This document shows, one piece after another, positions 18,155 through 27,618 of a DNA stretch of 52,569 nucleotides. The position numbers and the translations under genes are program-made. A model generated the notes under the pieces. That model was not told the origin of the DNA. It saw nothing but the letters and a program-made list of their open reading frames with translations, and did not search any database. Position 1 is the first letter of the stretch; the number at the start of each line of letters is the position of its first letter. Origin of the DNA: a virus (lineage: Duplodnaviria > Caudoviricetes); the IMG/VR virus record IMGVR_UViG_3300022918_000016, positions 1 through 52,569 of that record. The stretch is one strand, 5' to 3'.

Positions 18155-19440
18155 TATGTATTTATTATATATTCGTAAACAGGATTTATTTCTTCTCCTG
18201 AAACTAAGGTTGGTAAAATTGTTATTGTTTTAGGCAGTGTTAAAGTATAATCTGTATTTAATTTTAGTTTAACTCCATTCCTGAATACAGCCCTTAGATT
18301 AGCTATGTTATTTGCTACAGTAAAAATATTAGACGAACTGTAAGTAAAATATTCATTGTCGCTTCCCGCTATATTTAACCCAATAACATCGGAATCGCTA
18401 ATGTATAGAGTATTATCTGTTGTTAAATTCGGGGATGCACCTGCTATCATAGCCGCTATACCCTTCCTCTGTACATAGTCCAAATCCCCTGTAGCATTAG
18501 CTGTGAAATCTTGTAAACCCGTAAGTCCTGATGATAAAGGATAGTTAGATCCAATTACAGTGCCTTCCGCCTGTACACTTATGTTTGACTGGTAATTAGT
18601 AGTATTCTCTACTGTGTTTAACGATATTAAACCCTCGCCAAACAACATAAATGATTTTGAATCACTACTATTACTAAAAATTGTGAGATCGTTTTCTTCT
18701 CCTATAAATTCTATATCCCCCGTTACCGGAATTCCGCCAACAGTTCCTGTAAGCGGAATATAGTAAGGCGGCGTAGCATTTTCACTCAACAGCTGAAAAT
18801 CACTAACCGTAGACTGCAATTGCCCCACTCCGTAAATACCCGATGCGCCTACAAATAAATACGACTGCTCTAAACCGTTTACAGTACCTTTAAATAACGT
18901 GTATCCATCGGTTTGCGGCTGTATTACAATAGGTGTAGTCTGAGTATTTAGCCACTCCGAAACATTCTGTGTAGTTAAAGCGCCGTAATTCACGATATCT
19001 GTTGTGGGGTCACTTTCTACTTCATCGGCAGCAGGAACATTAGCATTTATTAATCCTAAATCGCCTCGTGTTATCTGAATACCGCCCACCCCGTAAGTAC
19101 CTTTACCTTTATTGAATAATTTATAAAAATAAGTAGACACAGTGTCGTTTTCGTTTACGCTAACCATAAACCAAACGCTTTGAATTTGGCTAACTGTGTA
19201 TGAGGGTAAAGCGTTTATAGCCGCCAGTACATTTGTTAGGTCAGAACTATTGGTTAACACGTTTTTCCTTATATCGATATTATCCTGATCTATCCCTCCT
19301 GAAAATTCACTAAAAGGGATAGTTACTAATTCTCCTGCGTTTTCTCCGGAAATTATCCTGCCTATAGGCTCTACATTTTCTATGTCGGTTACAACATCAG
19401 GTTCGGTAACGAAATTAACTTTACCTTTTATAAGCTTCAT
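18154..19440 (-). CDS. Minor tail / fiber protein
   Basis: YIPLTGT...VTGDI and VFRNGV.L....DY motifs; position. Confidence 0.7.
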   Translation of the reverse strand: MKLIKGKVNFVTEPDVVTDIENVEPIGRIISGENAGELVTIPFSEFSGGIDQDNIDIRKNVLTNSSDLTNVLAAINALPSYTVSQIQSVWFMVSVNENDTVSTYFYKLFNKGKGTYGVGGIQITRGDLGLINANVPAADEVESDPTTDIVNYGALTTQNVSEWLNTQTTPIVIQPQTDGYTLFKGTVNGLEQSYLFVGASGIYGVGQLQSTVSDFQLLSENATPPYYIPLTGTVGGIPVTGDIEFIGEENDLTIFSNSSDSKSFMLFGEGLISLNTVENTTNYQSNISVQAEGTVIGSNYPLSSGLTGLQDFTANATGDLDYVQRKGIAAMIAGASPNLTTDNTLYISDSDVIGLNIAGSDNEYFTYSSSNIFTVANNIANLRAVFRNGVKLKLNTDYTLTLPKTITILPTLVSGEEINPVYEYIINT

Positions 19441-19452
19441 ATAATAAATTGT

Positions 19453-20289
19453 TTAATTACTTTCTTCATAGCCTGGTTCTCCTTCCATTGGGTAAAAATC
19501 TCCGTCGCCCCATTCTATGCTTGCTAAATCCGTGAGGTCGCCGCCTTTCCACCTGCCTGTATATAATACGGGATAACCGTCTGTATTAATTATCATAGCC
19601 TGAAAATAATCGCCAACCTCCTGCACATAAATATCTTGATTTGGCGTTAAATCGCCGTCTATGTACTGGTAGCCTTTTTTAAAAAACCTTGCTTCGTTAA
19701 ACTCTGCTGGCCTGTCAATCAAATTCAATATCGGTGCAACCCCGAAACCTGTAGCATTTCCGCTTCCATCGGTTTGACTGCCTGTAATCAGGTAACTATC
19801 CGGTGGAAAATATCCGGGGTTTAAATAGTTTGCTAAATCCTGTAAATTAATATTCAGTAAAGGGTTTTGCATCGACCTGATAAATAACCCGTCTATGTAT
19901 AGTATCTGCCCGTTACGTCCCGTGAACGATGGAACGTCAACATCGGTTAACTGTTTGAATTCATCTACACCACCCGAACCGCCGCCGCCTGTTCCGCCTG
20001 TGGGTATCCTGAAAAATGTTTCTTCTATCAAGTGTCCCTGTAACAATTCTGCGCTTACAGGCGTAACCATATTTTTAGACGGATCTACTTCGCTGTAATA
20101 CGATATAACACTATAATATACATCGGGTAGTATTATCGCGCCTGTAATCGTATTTATCGTTATTAGATTTCCGTTACGGTTTCCTGTATACGCGTTGGCA
20201 TCCCTTGTATCGGGTTCGTCATTCAGAACATACACCCAATGGTTAGCTGATTTCCTCGTTATTATTAATCTGTTTACAGGTATAGCCAT
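19453..20289 (-). CDS. Minor tail protein
   Basis: Gly linker followed by FKQLTDVD; position. Confidence 0.65.
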   Translation of the reverse strand: MAIPVNRLIITRKSANHWVYVLNDEPDTRDANAYTGNRNGNLITINTITGAIILPDVYYSVISYYSEVDPSKNMVTPVSAELLQGHLIEETFFRIPTGGTGGGGSGGVDEFKQLTDVDVPSFTGRNGQILYIDGLFIRSMQNPLLNINLQDLANYLNPGYFPPDSYLITGSQTDGSGNATGFGVAPILNLIDRPAEFNEARFFKKGYQYIDGDLTPNQDIYVQEVGDYFQAMIINTDGYPVLYTGRWKGGDLTDLASIEWGDGDFYPMEGEPGYEESN

Positions 20290-20291
20290 AA

Positions 20292-21653
20292 TTAAGTTGT
20301 TGGTAGTGAAAATATAACTACGTTTGAAATTATCCCGTAAACAGGGTATGTTATTCTAAAATACCTGTATTGTATCGATGATGCCGGGGTAGCTACAATT
20401 AAAGGACTGCTGTTTCCTCGCGTGTTACGAATCCAGTTTATACCATCCGTTGATATTTCCGCGAAAAATCCTGCGCTTGGCGATGTTGATAACGTGAAAT
20501 CGTAGGTAAAATATAAACTGTAGGTATTTCCTATAGGGTTAAATTTCGGGTTATTTGTGCTTACTTGATTTAAATATATCGTTAATTCAGGTAACTGCAG
20601 AACATTAGAGCGTGTGCCTGTAATCGGATCGTAAACACTGTAATAAAAACCTCCGTTTATATGTCCCGGTACGCCAACGATATTTTCAGGAAACGAAGTA
20701 TTTGCAACGCTCATTTCATCCGTCCATGTTACGCCGTCCAAACTCCATTGGAACAATAAAAATTCAGGATCAAAATTTATTTGCTGGTGCGTATACTGCA
20801 CGACGTTTTCGTTTAGTGAATCTACAGCAGATAAAATTATCTCATATACTGGCAATGGTGGATCAGGTGGTATCGGTGGTACGTAATTAGGATTGTATAA
20901 ATCGAATGGATCGCGCAGTAATAAAACTTCGCTCTCTATAAAATTCTCCCTGCCTTCGGTGTCTGGCGTTTCAGGTGCTTCTTTTAAATCCGTTCCCTGT
21001 AAATCTGAATAAACATATTGATTTCGAAACATATCTTTAAAACGCTCGAAAACCTCAATATCTACAACCCCTGTTTGCCAGCGTTCGTATTTACTGATTT
21101 GGCTAACGCGGTTTGTTTCTTTACCGCTGCCTATCTGTTTATAATTAACAAGCGTTAAATCTGATTTTTTTTGCCTGAACCATATAAATAACTGCGTGGA
21201 TAGCATAGTATCTTCAAGGTTATTCCTGTAATCCCAACGTGAAGTATATTCTGCATTATCCTCAGATAAATAAAATGGTGTGCTATATATTGAGCCTGCT
21301 GCCTGCCTGAACTCGATGTAAACAGGCTGTAATCCGAAATCAAGCGATGTTATAGGTAAGAATGACCAGTCCACCTGTGGCAACCCTGTACGTGGATCGT
21401 TAAACGTTTGGATTATTTCAAAACACTCTGCCGGTATCTCGATTAATATATTGCCGCAAGCATCACGCAGCACCGCATCGTTAATTTCAAGGTTAATACC
21501 ATCGGGCGCATACGTGCGTTGAATGTATTTGTAATCTGAATTAGGTAATAGTTGCACGCCTTCAAAATTATAAATATCCATAAAGGGGCTGTTACGATAG
21601 TACATTGCCTCGTTAAATGTATTGTATAATGATATGAAAGTAGGTTGCTGCAT
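20292..21653 (-). CDS. Tail tip / baseplate protein with two C-terminal beta-sandwich-like repeats
   Basis: Pro linker, then SLDGVTW and STDGINW repeats. Confidence 0.65.
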   Translation of the reverse strand: MQQPTFISLYNTFNEAMYYRNSPFMDIYNFEGVQLLPNSDYKYIQRTYAPDGINLEINDAVLRDACGNILIEIPAECFEIIQTFNDPRTGLPQVDWSFLPITSLDFGLQPVYIEFRQAAGSIYSTPFYLSEDNAEYTSRWDYRNNLEDTMLSTQLFIWFRQKKSDLTLVNYKQIGSGKETNRVSQISKYERWQTGVVDIEVFERFKDMFRNQYVYSDLQGTDLKEAPETPDTEGRENFIESEVLLLRDPFDLYNPNYVPPIPPDPPLPVYEIILSAVDSLNENVVQYTHQQINFDPEFLLFQWSLDGVTWTDEMSVANTSFPENIVGVPGHINGGFYYSVYDPITGTRSNVLQLPELTIYLNQVSTNNPKFNPIGNTYSLYFTYDFTLSTSPSAGFFAEISTDGINWIRNTRGNSSPLIVATPASSIQYRYFRITYPVYGIISNVVIFSLPTT

Positions 21654-21730
21654 TTCGAGTGTAAATATACCGAATAAAAATAAAGTAAAAAAATAAATGT
21701 AATTATGCGTGCGTAATTAAAATATAGTAG

Positions 21731-21738
21731 TATATTTG
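21731..21738 (+). promoter_or_regulatory. Bacteroidota -7 promoter element for island 1
   Basis: TAtaTTTG about 20 nt upstream of ATG 21760. Confidence 0.75.
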
Positions 21739-21759
21739 TGAAAAATAAAACTAAATATT

Positions 21760-21930
21760 ATGACACCAATTATCTTAAAAGCACTTAAAGATCACGGAGT
21801 ACCTTACAAAAACGAAAACGGTATTTTATTAGCAGGAGAAGAATATACCAAAGAGCAGAAATATTTTTGCGATTGGGTAAATACGTCAGCATGGTCTATT
21901 AAAGATTTAAAAAATTTCTTAGGATACTAA
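21760..21930 (+). CDS. Small hypothetical protein (56 aa, ends WSIKDLKNFLGY)
   Basis: Manual translation; first ORF after the promoter. Confidence 0.7.
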   Translation: MTPIILKALKDHGVPYKNENGILLAGEEYTKEQKYFCDWVNTSAWSIKDLKNFLGY

Positions 21931-21948
21931 ACCGCCAGTATATTAATC

Positions 21949-22092
21949 ATGAGTAAAATAAACCCAAAAAATGCAGGGCGTAAACTCGACTTCGGAGAAC
22001 CCAGCAAGCGCGAAACATTCCGATTACCGGCATCACAATCGGATAGGATTAAAGGAGTAATTAATAGGTATCTAAATAAATTTAAGAAATGA
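21949..22092 (+). CDS. Small DNA-binding protein (NAGRK hook + RHH-like), 47 aa
   Basis: MSKINPKNAGRKLDFGEPSKRETFRLP... Confidence 0.6.
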   Translation: MSKINPKNAGRKLDFGEPSKRETFRLPASQSDRIKGVINRYLNKFKK

Positions 22093-22259
22093 AAAAAATT
22101 AACGCCGTCTCATTATTCTGTTTAGGTATCAGCTTCGGGATAAATATCATTAACATATTTGATAACATAATACTAAATAATATAAATTTAGTCATCATAA
22201 ATTGTATAACAGAGGTTTTTATAATAATAATGGTTTTTATAATATTTTTAAAGAAATGA
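22089..22259 (+). CDS. Small membrane protein (56 aa)
   Basis: Manual translation; two hydrophobic stretches; ATGA overlaps at both ends. Confidence 0.6.
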   Translation: MKKINAVSLFCLGISFGINIINIFDNIILNNINLVIINCITEVFIIIMVFIIFLKK

Positions 22260-22522
22260 AACTGTTATTTAAAATATACCCTCTGTTTACGGTCTTAGGT
22301 TTAATAATGATGTTCGTGTCCATGTTTAGCGAGCATGAACCTTGGTTGTTGATATTTTTCTTTATAGGGTTTGGCTTAATGTTATTAGCTGCTAATCTTT
22401 ATGAATTATCGGGAGATTCAAAACGCGATGATGAATACATTTTAGCGAGCCAAAGGAGAATTACTGAATTAGAGAAAGAAATCGATGCTATTAAACTAAA
22501 AACTAAATTACTTAAGAAATGA
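22256..22522 (+). CDS. Two-TM membrane protein with a coiled-coil tail
   Basis: Start at MKLLFK via ATGA coupling. Confidence 0.7.
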   Translation: MKLLFKIYPLFTVLGLIMMFVSMFSEHEPWLLIFFFIGFGLMLLAANLYELSGDSKRDDEYILASQRRITELEKEIDAIKLKTKLLKK

Positions 22523-22674
22523 AAACAACCCTAAAAATAAAACACACCGATGGCGTAACCCCTGTATCAGTTACAGGTAATTTAATCGACGGAACATTTA
22601 CAGGAGAATATAAATTTCAGGGTATGATGTATGGTGTTAATATTACTTACCCACCTAAGCCATGCAAACCATAA
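22519..22674 (+). CDS. Small hypothetical protein (51 aa)
   Basis: Manual translation MKTTLKIKHTDG...; ATGA coupling. Confidence 0.55.
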   Translation: MKTTLKIKHTDGVTPVSVTGNLIDGTFTGEYKFQGMMYGVNITYPPKPCKP

Positions 22675-22774
22675 TAATAACCCAAAACCACCCCGACCCA
22701 AATTACGCCCTGCCTTTAAATAATTTATTTACAGATTACGGGAAAAATCCTAACTATGAAAAAATAATTGAATT

Positions 22775-22975
22775 ATGAAATATTACAGAACGCCTATAAT
22801 TTTATTTTTAACACTCCTGATTATAGATTTAATTTTAACCTGTATATTAGGCTGGAATAGAGTTATTAATGCTCTTGTTCAAAATACTGACTTTTGGACT
22901 TTTGTTTCGTTATTAAATTTTGCATTTTCTATATGGTCGTTTAATATGGCTTACAAAACTTATAAAGGTCGGTAA
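22775..22975 (+). CDS. Two-TM membrane protein
   Basis: Two hydrophobic helices. Confidence 0.65.
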   Translation: MKYYRTPIILFLTLLIIDLILTCILGWNRVINALVQNTDFWTFVSLLNFAFSIWSFNMAYKTYKGR

Positions 22976-23227
22976 ATTATTATTCGGTTACTCGGTGTGC
23001 TTACGAATATTTGGAATAACAATAATTTAAATACTAAACGATATCAGCAGTAAAGGAAATTACGAACCAGAGGGTTGAGAGAAAGCCGTTAAGGCAGCAA
23101 AGGAACAGAAATTATTTGATGCCATCGTGGAAACATCCGATGCCATAATTCAGGGATTCAAAAACCACGGCACAGGAAAAACCCGAAACAAAATGACACA
23201 TTTAAAACCTAAAAATAAAAAGAGGAA

Positions 23228-23620
23228 ATGATAGAAATTAAATTTAGAGTATTTGATGTTGATTCATCAGAAATGCTGTTTACAGACTCAGATAACAACT
23301 ACCGCGATTGGTTCTTTGAATTTCAAGGTGGGTTTTTGAAATTATTTACACCTGAAGAAGATGATTTTGCTGAAGAAAGAGAAGCTGTATTCATGCAATA
23401 TACTGGCTTTGAAGATGCAGGAGGTATAGAACTATATGTTGATGATATTATCGAAGAGGATGGGAAGTTCTATATAATTGAATGGGACGAAAGTATGGGT
23501 ATGTTCCAATGTACAAATATTCATTCGTTAGACAACATTGCTTTACATGAGTTTGACGGTGTTAATACGGTATGGCATCAGGGTAATAAACACGAAAACC
23601 CTGAATTACTAACTACCTAA
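23228..23620 (+). CDS. YopX family protein
   Basis: EIKFR...MQYTG..D..G.E.Y..DI...GN.HENPELL. Confidence 0.85.
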   Translation: MIEIKFRVFDVDSSEMLFTDSDNNYRDWFFEFQGGFLKLFTPEEDDFAEEREAVFMQYTGFEDAGGIELYVDDIIEEDGKFYIIEWDESMGMFQCTNIHSLDNIALHEFDGVNTVWHQGNKHENPELLTT

Positions 23621-26336
23621 TCGCATACAAATTCAGCCACCCGCTAACCTCCTGAGCACTTACTGCCGCCCCGCTATCATTAATCCTAATACGGTTATAT
23701 AGCACAGGCGGCAGTATTCGTTTACTGTTATAATCCTTTAGGGTTACGTATCCTAAACCGTCTATACTGTACCTAAATCCATCTTCGTAACCAACTCCGT
23801 TTATTACCCTGGCGTTACCCTCTGCGATAACAACCACCTGAAACTGATTGTACTTTTCCTCAAACATACCTTTCATTACCCCACCAAATTCTTCGGGAGT
23901 TTCTGCGCCGAATATTAAACCCGTCCACTCCATATTTTTAGGATAACCCTGAATAATTAAACCGTCCTGGTCTAATGTTTCAATATAACCTCTACTTAGC
24001 TTCACGGCGGACTGCAAGGCGAAATATTCAGCAATATTCATCTGTAACTCGCACTCAAAGTTAAAACGCGTTAAAATCGCTCCTTTAGGGTAGAATGTTT
24101 CGCCTTCAGTTATTACAGGCTCGCTACCGAATTGCGTAATCGCATTTTTACCATACAGGTATTTAGTATTTTTAATCGGTAAAGGATTATTTAATAATAT
24201 CGTGGCTAACTCTGAATTGTAGTAATTTTCTAAAATACGCTGTTTCGTAAATCGTAAATTACCGAAATTATCGCCGTCATTTAATCCGCTTATTATTGTA
24301 AATCCTTCGTCAGTTCTTAATTTCAATGCTATAGAACTATCTATGATGTACGTGTATCTTGTATTTACATCAAGTAAATCGAAAAATTCACGCCCTGTAA
24401 TATCGCCTATAGGCTGCAGGGTTAAATCCTGCCTTGTAACGCCTGTAACTACGTAATTTCCTGCATTAGTGGTATTCAGTATTTTAAATATACTTCCTAC
24501 GACAATACCCAGCGTTACCCAGCTAAATGAATTATCATTTTTAAGACTTACAATCGGTATCGCGCCTGCCCTGGCAACGCTATGTATTAACTGTGATGTT
24601 TCGCTGCGTTCGCGTGTACCTGAAAACTGTGTAACATCTAATATCGCTATTTTATCATCATCCTGTGTGGCGGTATCATCAGTAGTTTCATTAGCTTTAT
24701 TCAGCATGTCCTGAATATAGAACGGATCGCGGATAAAACCTATGGTTATATCACGGGTATCAGCAACCATATCGTTAGGGATATAGTTTTCGCTTTCGCC
24801 ATGTACAATATCCAACGTGTTACCTGTAGTTGATTCTTTTTGGGAGGCGTAATTCGTGAACGAAATATTTACGGCGTTGCAGGTGGTGCGCTCATTTATT
24901 AATAAGCGCCATGTATCGTACTGCCTTACCGGTAACTCCGGAGTGTGGACGGTATATGTACCCATTCTAACGTTCCTGTAAAAATCCTCCCGTAACCCGA
25001 AAAATACAGTACCGTTATTTATCTGATAATCCCCGTTCAGCTCAGGTCGTATCTGTTTGTCTAAAATATCTTTCATAGATACATAGAAAGGCCTATCCAA
25101 ACCACGCATCAACTGCGCGTTGGTTATAAACTGGTCGTAAAACTCGCCGCCAAACTCAAAACGGGGCGCGCTAACCGGTAAACCTGAATTAGACAGCGTA
25201 ACATATTTTATAGCGTCTATGTAACGCACTGCGTCGATTATGCTGTTATACGCTACCTCGCTACCTTTAATCGTGAATTTTGACGGGTAAAATGTGTTTT
25301 TAGAAACGGCTATATCTGTACCTGCTGCGTGTATAAATACGAAGTAGAGGCATTCTCCCCTGTTTAAATCAGGTAACTGAATATCTGCTATAGTGCCGTT
25401 GTACTCATACGTTCTGCGGCTCGTATTAAGCACGCCTGTATCATATACAGTTATTCCGTTAGCGATATTAGCAGCTTTAAAATCATCGAAGCTTTCGCCG
25501 TAGACACCTTTAAATATTCTGCCGCGTATCTGCATGTTCGTAGCAGGCGGCGATTCGTTAGTCCACTCTGATTTAAGGTGTAGCTGCAAAGTCGCGGTTA
25601 AGCCGGTAAGATTTGAATCTGCCCTAAGAAACACGAAATTTTGCGGCGGTGTATTATAATCAGAGACGCTGTTACCGCCTGCCGTATCGGTTTCATTAAC
25701 CAAATTAGTTAATGAGGCATCAATATCGCCTTTAGTAATATTCTGTATAGCGTTAAAAAAACCTGGCAGTATAGTATTACCCTGTGGTCCTAATGGTTGA
25801 AATCCTAACGGCCTGTAACGCGATATAACTATTTCAGACGGATTAGTCCACTCCGATTCCTTAGTATAGGGCTTAGCAGGCATGTAAATTTTATACTTAG
25901 CGCATGGCGTTATAGGCTCGCCCTTCAAATTTACCGTAGAAAATAAATCTACAGTAGTTTCCATCGTTTCTTTAAACTTCGCTTCGGTGCTATCCTGAAT
26001 AACGGTAAACTCAAAGAATGTTTTACCATCCGTGTCAGGATCTATCATGTTTACGTTACCCAGCACAATAATACCATCGCCATAATCGATGCTTATTTTA
26101 ACTTTAGCCTGATGCGATTGTAATTTCCAGTTCAGTAATAATAAATCAAGGCAGCCATTCATTTTATCCGTTACCCGGTATTTAAAACCTGAATCCCCGG
26201 CTGACTGCGTATCTCTGCCTTTCCTGCCGTCATCCTGTTTTATGGAGAACGAAACAGCATCAGCCCCTTGCGGTTCTTCAATTTCACGCACGCCGTGACC
26301 GGAAGTTATAAAGTCGAGATATATTCTTAATGCCAT
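23613..26336 (-). CDS. Large tail tip / central tail protein
   Basis: 907-aa beta-rich ORF, next structural gene downstream of the tape measure. Confidence 0.7.
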   Translation of the reverse strand: MALRIYLDFITSGHGVREIEEPQGADAVSFSIKQDDGRKGRDTQSAGDSGFKYRVTDKMNGCLDLLLLNWKLQSHQAKVKISIDYGDGIIVLGNVNMIDPDTDGKTFFEFTVIQDSTEAKFKETMETTVDLFSTVNLKGEPITPCAKYKIYMPAKPYTKESEWTNPSEIVISRYRPLGFQPLGPQGNTILPGFFNAIQNITKGDIDASLTNLVNETDTAGGNSVSDYNTPPQNFVFLRADSNLTGLTATLQLHLKSEWTNESPPATNMQIRGRIFKGVYGESFDDFKAANIANGITVYDTGVLNTSRRTYEYNGTIADIQLPDLNRGECLYFVFIHAAGTDIAVSKNTFYPSKFTIKGSEVAYNSIIDAVRYIDAIKYVTLSNSGLPVSAPRFEFGGEFYDQFITNAQLMRGLDRPFYVSMKDILDKQIRPELNGDYQINNGTVFFGLREDFYRNVRMGTYTVHTPELPVRQYDTWRLLINERTTCNAVNISFTNYASQKESTTGNTLDIVHGESENYIPNDMVADTRDITIGFIRDPFYIQDMLNKANETTDDTATQDDDKIAILDVTQFSGTRERSETSQLIHSVARAGAIPIVSLKNDNSFSWVTLGIVVGSIFKILNTTNAGNYVVTGVTRQDLTLQPIGDITGREFFDLLDVNTRYTYIIDSSIALKLRTDEGFTIISGLNDGDNFGNLRFTKQRILENYYNSELATILLNNPLPIKNTKYLYGKNAITQFGSEPVITEGETFYPKGAILTRFNFECELQMNIAEYFALQSAVKLSRGYIETLDQDGLIIQGYPKNMEWTGLIFGAETPEEFGGVMKGMFEEKYNQFQVVVIAEGNARVINGVGYEDGFRYSIDGLGYVTLKDYNSKRILPPVLYNRIRINDSGAAVSAQEVSGWLNLYAIR

Positions 26337-26373
26337 GTGGTAAAAGTAATAAATTTATTTGTATGTTTGTAGT

Positions 26374-26456
26374 CTATTAAATGGGTTTGATAGGTCATAA
26401 TTTTGGTTCGGTTTTTTAGGGATACAGATATTTTTTAAATGTCTGTATTTTTTTTT
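26374..26456 (+). ncRNA. Candidate sRNA 2 (U-rich, contains GUCAUAAUUU)
   Basis: TAtgTTTG 26362-26369; terminator GATACAGATA/TGTCTGTATT plus T run at 26421-26456, with G-U pairs favouring the + strand; only a 12-codon ORF inside. Confidence 0.55.
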
Positions 26457-26491
26457 GTGAAATAATTAAATATAAGTTGTATGTTTGTGGC

Positions 26492-26572
26492 ACGGACAGC
26501 GACCCGTAACTAAAAACTTAACAATAGCCCTTTATTATACTGTCGCTGGTATTTTAGAGGGTTTATTATTTT
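26492..26572 (+). ncRNA. Structured 5' leader, kissing-loop motif copy 1
   Basis: ACGG-[ACAGCGAC]-CCGT hairpin; second hairpin with loop TGTCGCTG; promoter TAtgTTTG 26480-26487. Confidence 0.65.
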
Positions 26573-27199
26573 ATGAAAGTATTAAAAGTGTTGATTGCCT
26601 GTGAAGAAAGCCAGGCTGTTACGAAAGAGTTCAGAGCGTTAGGACATGAAGCTTTTAGCTGCGATATACTACCGTGCAGCGGTGGGCATCCCGAATGGCA
26701 CTTACAACAGGATGTAACCGAATTATTAAAACATGAGTGGGATTTAGTTATTGCATTTCCGCCTTGTACCCATTTAGCATGCTCAGGTTCCAGGCACTTT
26801 GCTAAAAAAATTGAAGACGGTAGGCAACAACAAGGTGTAGACTTTTTTATGTTATTTACTAATATTGATTGTCAGTATGTTGTGATAGAAAACCCTATAG
26901 GAGTTATGAGTTCAAAATACAGAAAACCTAACCAAATAATTCAACCATTTCAATACGGGCATCCATCTAAAAAATCTACTTGCTTATGGTTAAAAAATAC
27001 GCCATTACTCAAACCAACTAATATTGTTGAGCCTGAAATAATAACACTAAGTAATGGTAAGAAATTTTCTGCGGACTACATGAAAGGGGTAAAAAGAAGC
27101 AAAGCCGGTGAAAGTAGCGTAGAAAGGAGTAAGACTTATCCCGGCATCGCAAAAGCTATGGCAGAGCAATGGTCTGAATATATTTTATCTAAAATTTAA
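26573..27199 (+). CDS. DNA cytosine-C5 methyltransferase (short phage type)
   Basis: VLIACEES, AFPPCTHL, IENPIG, TCLWLK, RSKTYPGIA.AMA.QW. Confidence 0.8.
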   Translation: MKVLKVLIACEESQAVTKEFRALGHEAFSCDILPCSGGHPEWHLQQDVTELLKHEWDLVIAFPPCTHLACSGSRHFAKKIEDGRQQQGVDFFMLFTNIDCQYVVIENPIGVMSSKYRKPNQIIQPFQYGHPSKKSTCLWLKNTPLLKPTNIVEPEIITLSNGKKFSADYMKGVKRSKAGESSVERSKTYPGIAKAMAEQWSEYILSKI

Positions 27200-27204
27200 T
27201 TATC

Positions 27205-27459
27205 ATGGAAGATCAATACAAAAAGTACAGAGAATTCACGAAAGAGGAACGTGAATGGGTGAACAGGCTTAAGAAATTAATGAATGAAAAAGCGTGTGGC
27301 AATTTACTTATGTTCATTGGAAGTGGTAGTATGGTTATTTACACTACTCCAGGAGATTATAAAAGCAATCTTTATATGACCAGTGAAGGAGGAGTAGATC
27401 AATACGCTCCAAATTTTAATATAAATACTAAATGCGCCTGCGACGGTGGGGACTGGTAA
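27205..27459 (+). CDS. Hypothetical protein (C-terminal DGGDW)
   Basis: ORF in the operon. Confidence 0.7.
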   Translation: MEDQYKKYREFTKEEREWVNRLKKLMNEKACGNLLMFIGSGSMVIYTTPGDYKSNLYMTSEGGVDQYAPNFNINTKCACDGGDW

Positions 27460-27511
27460 ATAATTTTTCACAAAACCCTACTTCAATTAAAATAAATAAT
27501 TATATTTGCAA

Positions 27512-27605
27512 TGCAGACCGCTACCTGCACAAACTCATAAGTCTTGAATGACTAACAGAGAAACCTCATAGAATGCTGTAGCGGCTTTTATGGGGTTTTC
27601 TTTTT
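27512..27605 (+). ncRNA. Structured 5' leader / attenuator, kissing-loop motif copy 2
   Basis: TGCAG-[ACCGCTAC]-CTGCA hairpin; terminator-like hairpin with GTAGCGG in the loop plus U tract; promoter TAtaTTTG 27501-27508. Confidence 0.7.
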
Positions 27606-27618
27606 ATATTTTATTATT

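Noticed and set aside
16361-19440. Diversity-generating retroelement or invertible tail-fiber cassette
   Set aside because: No reverse transcriptase, invertase or TR/VR-like duplication seen.
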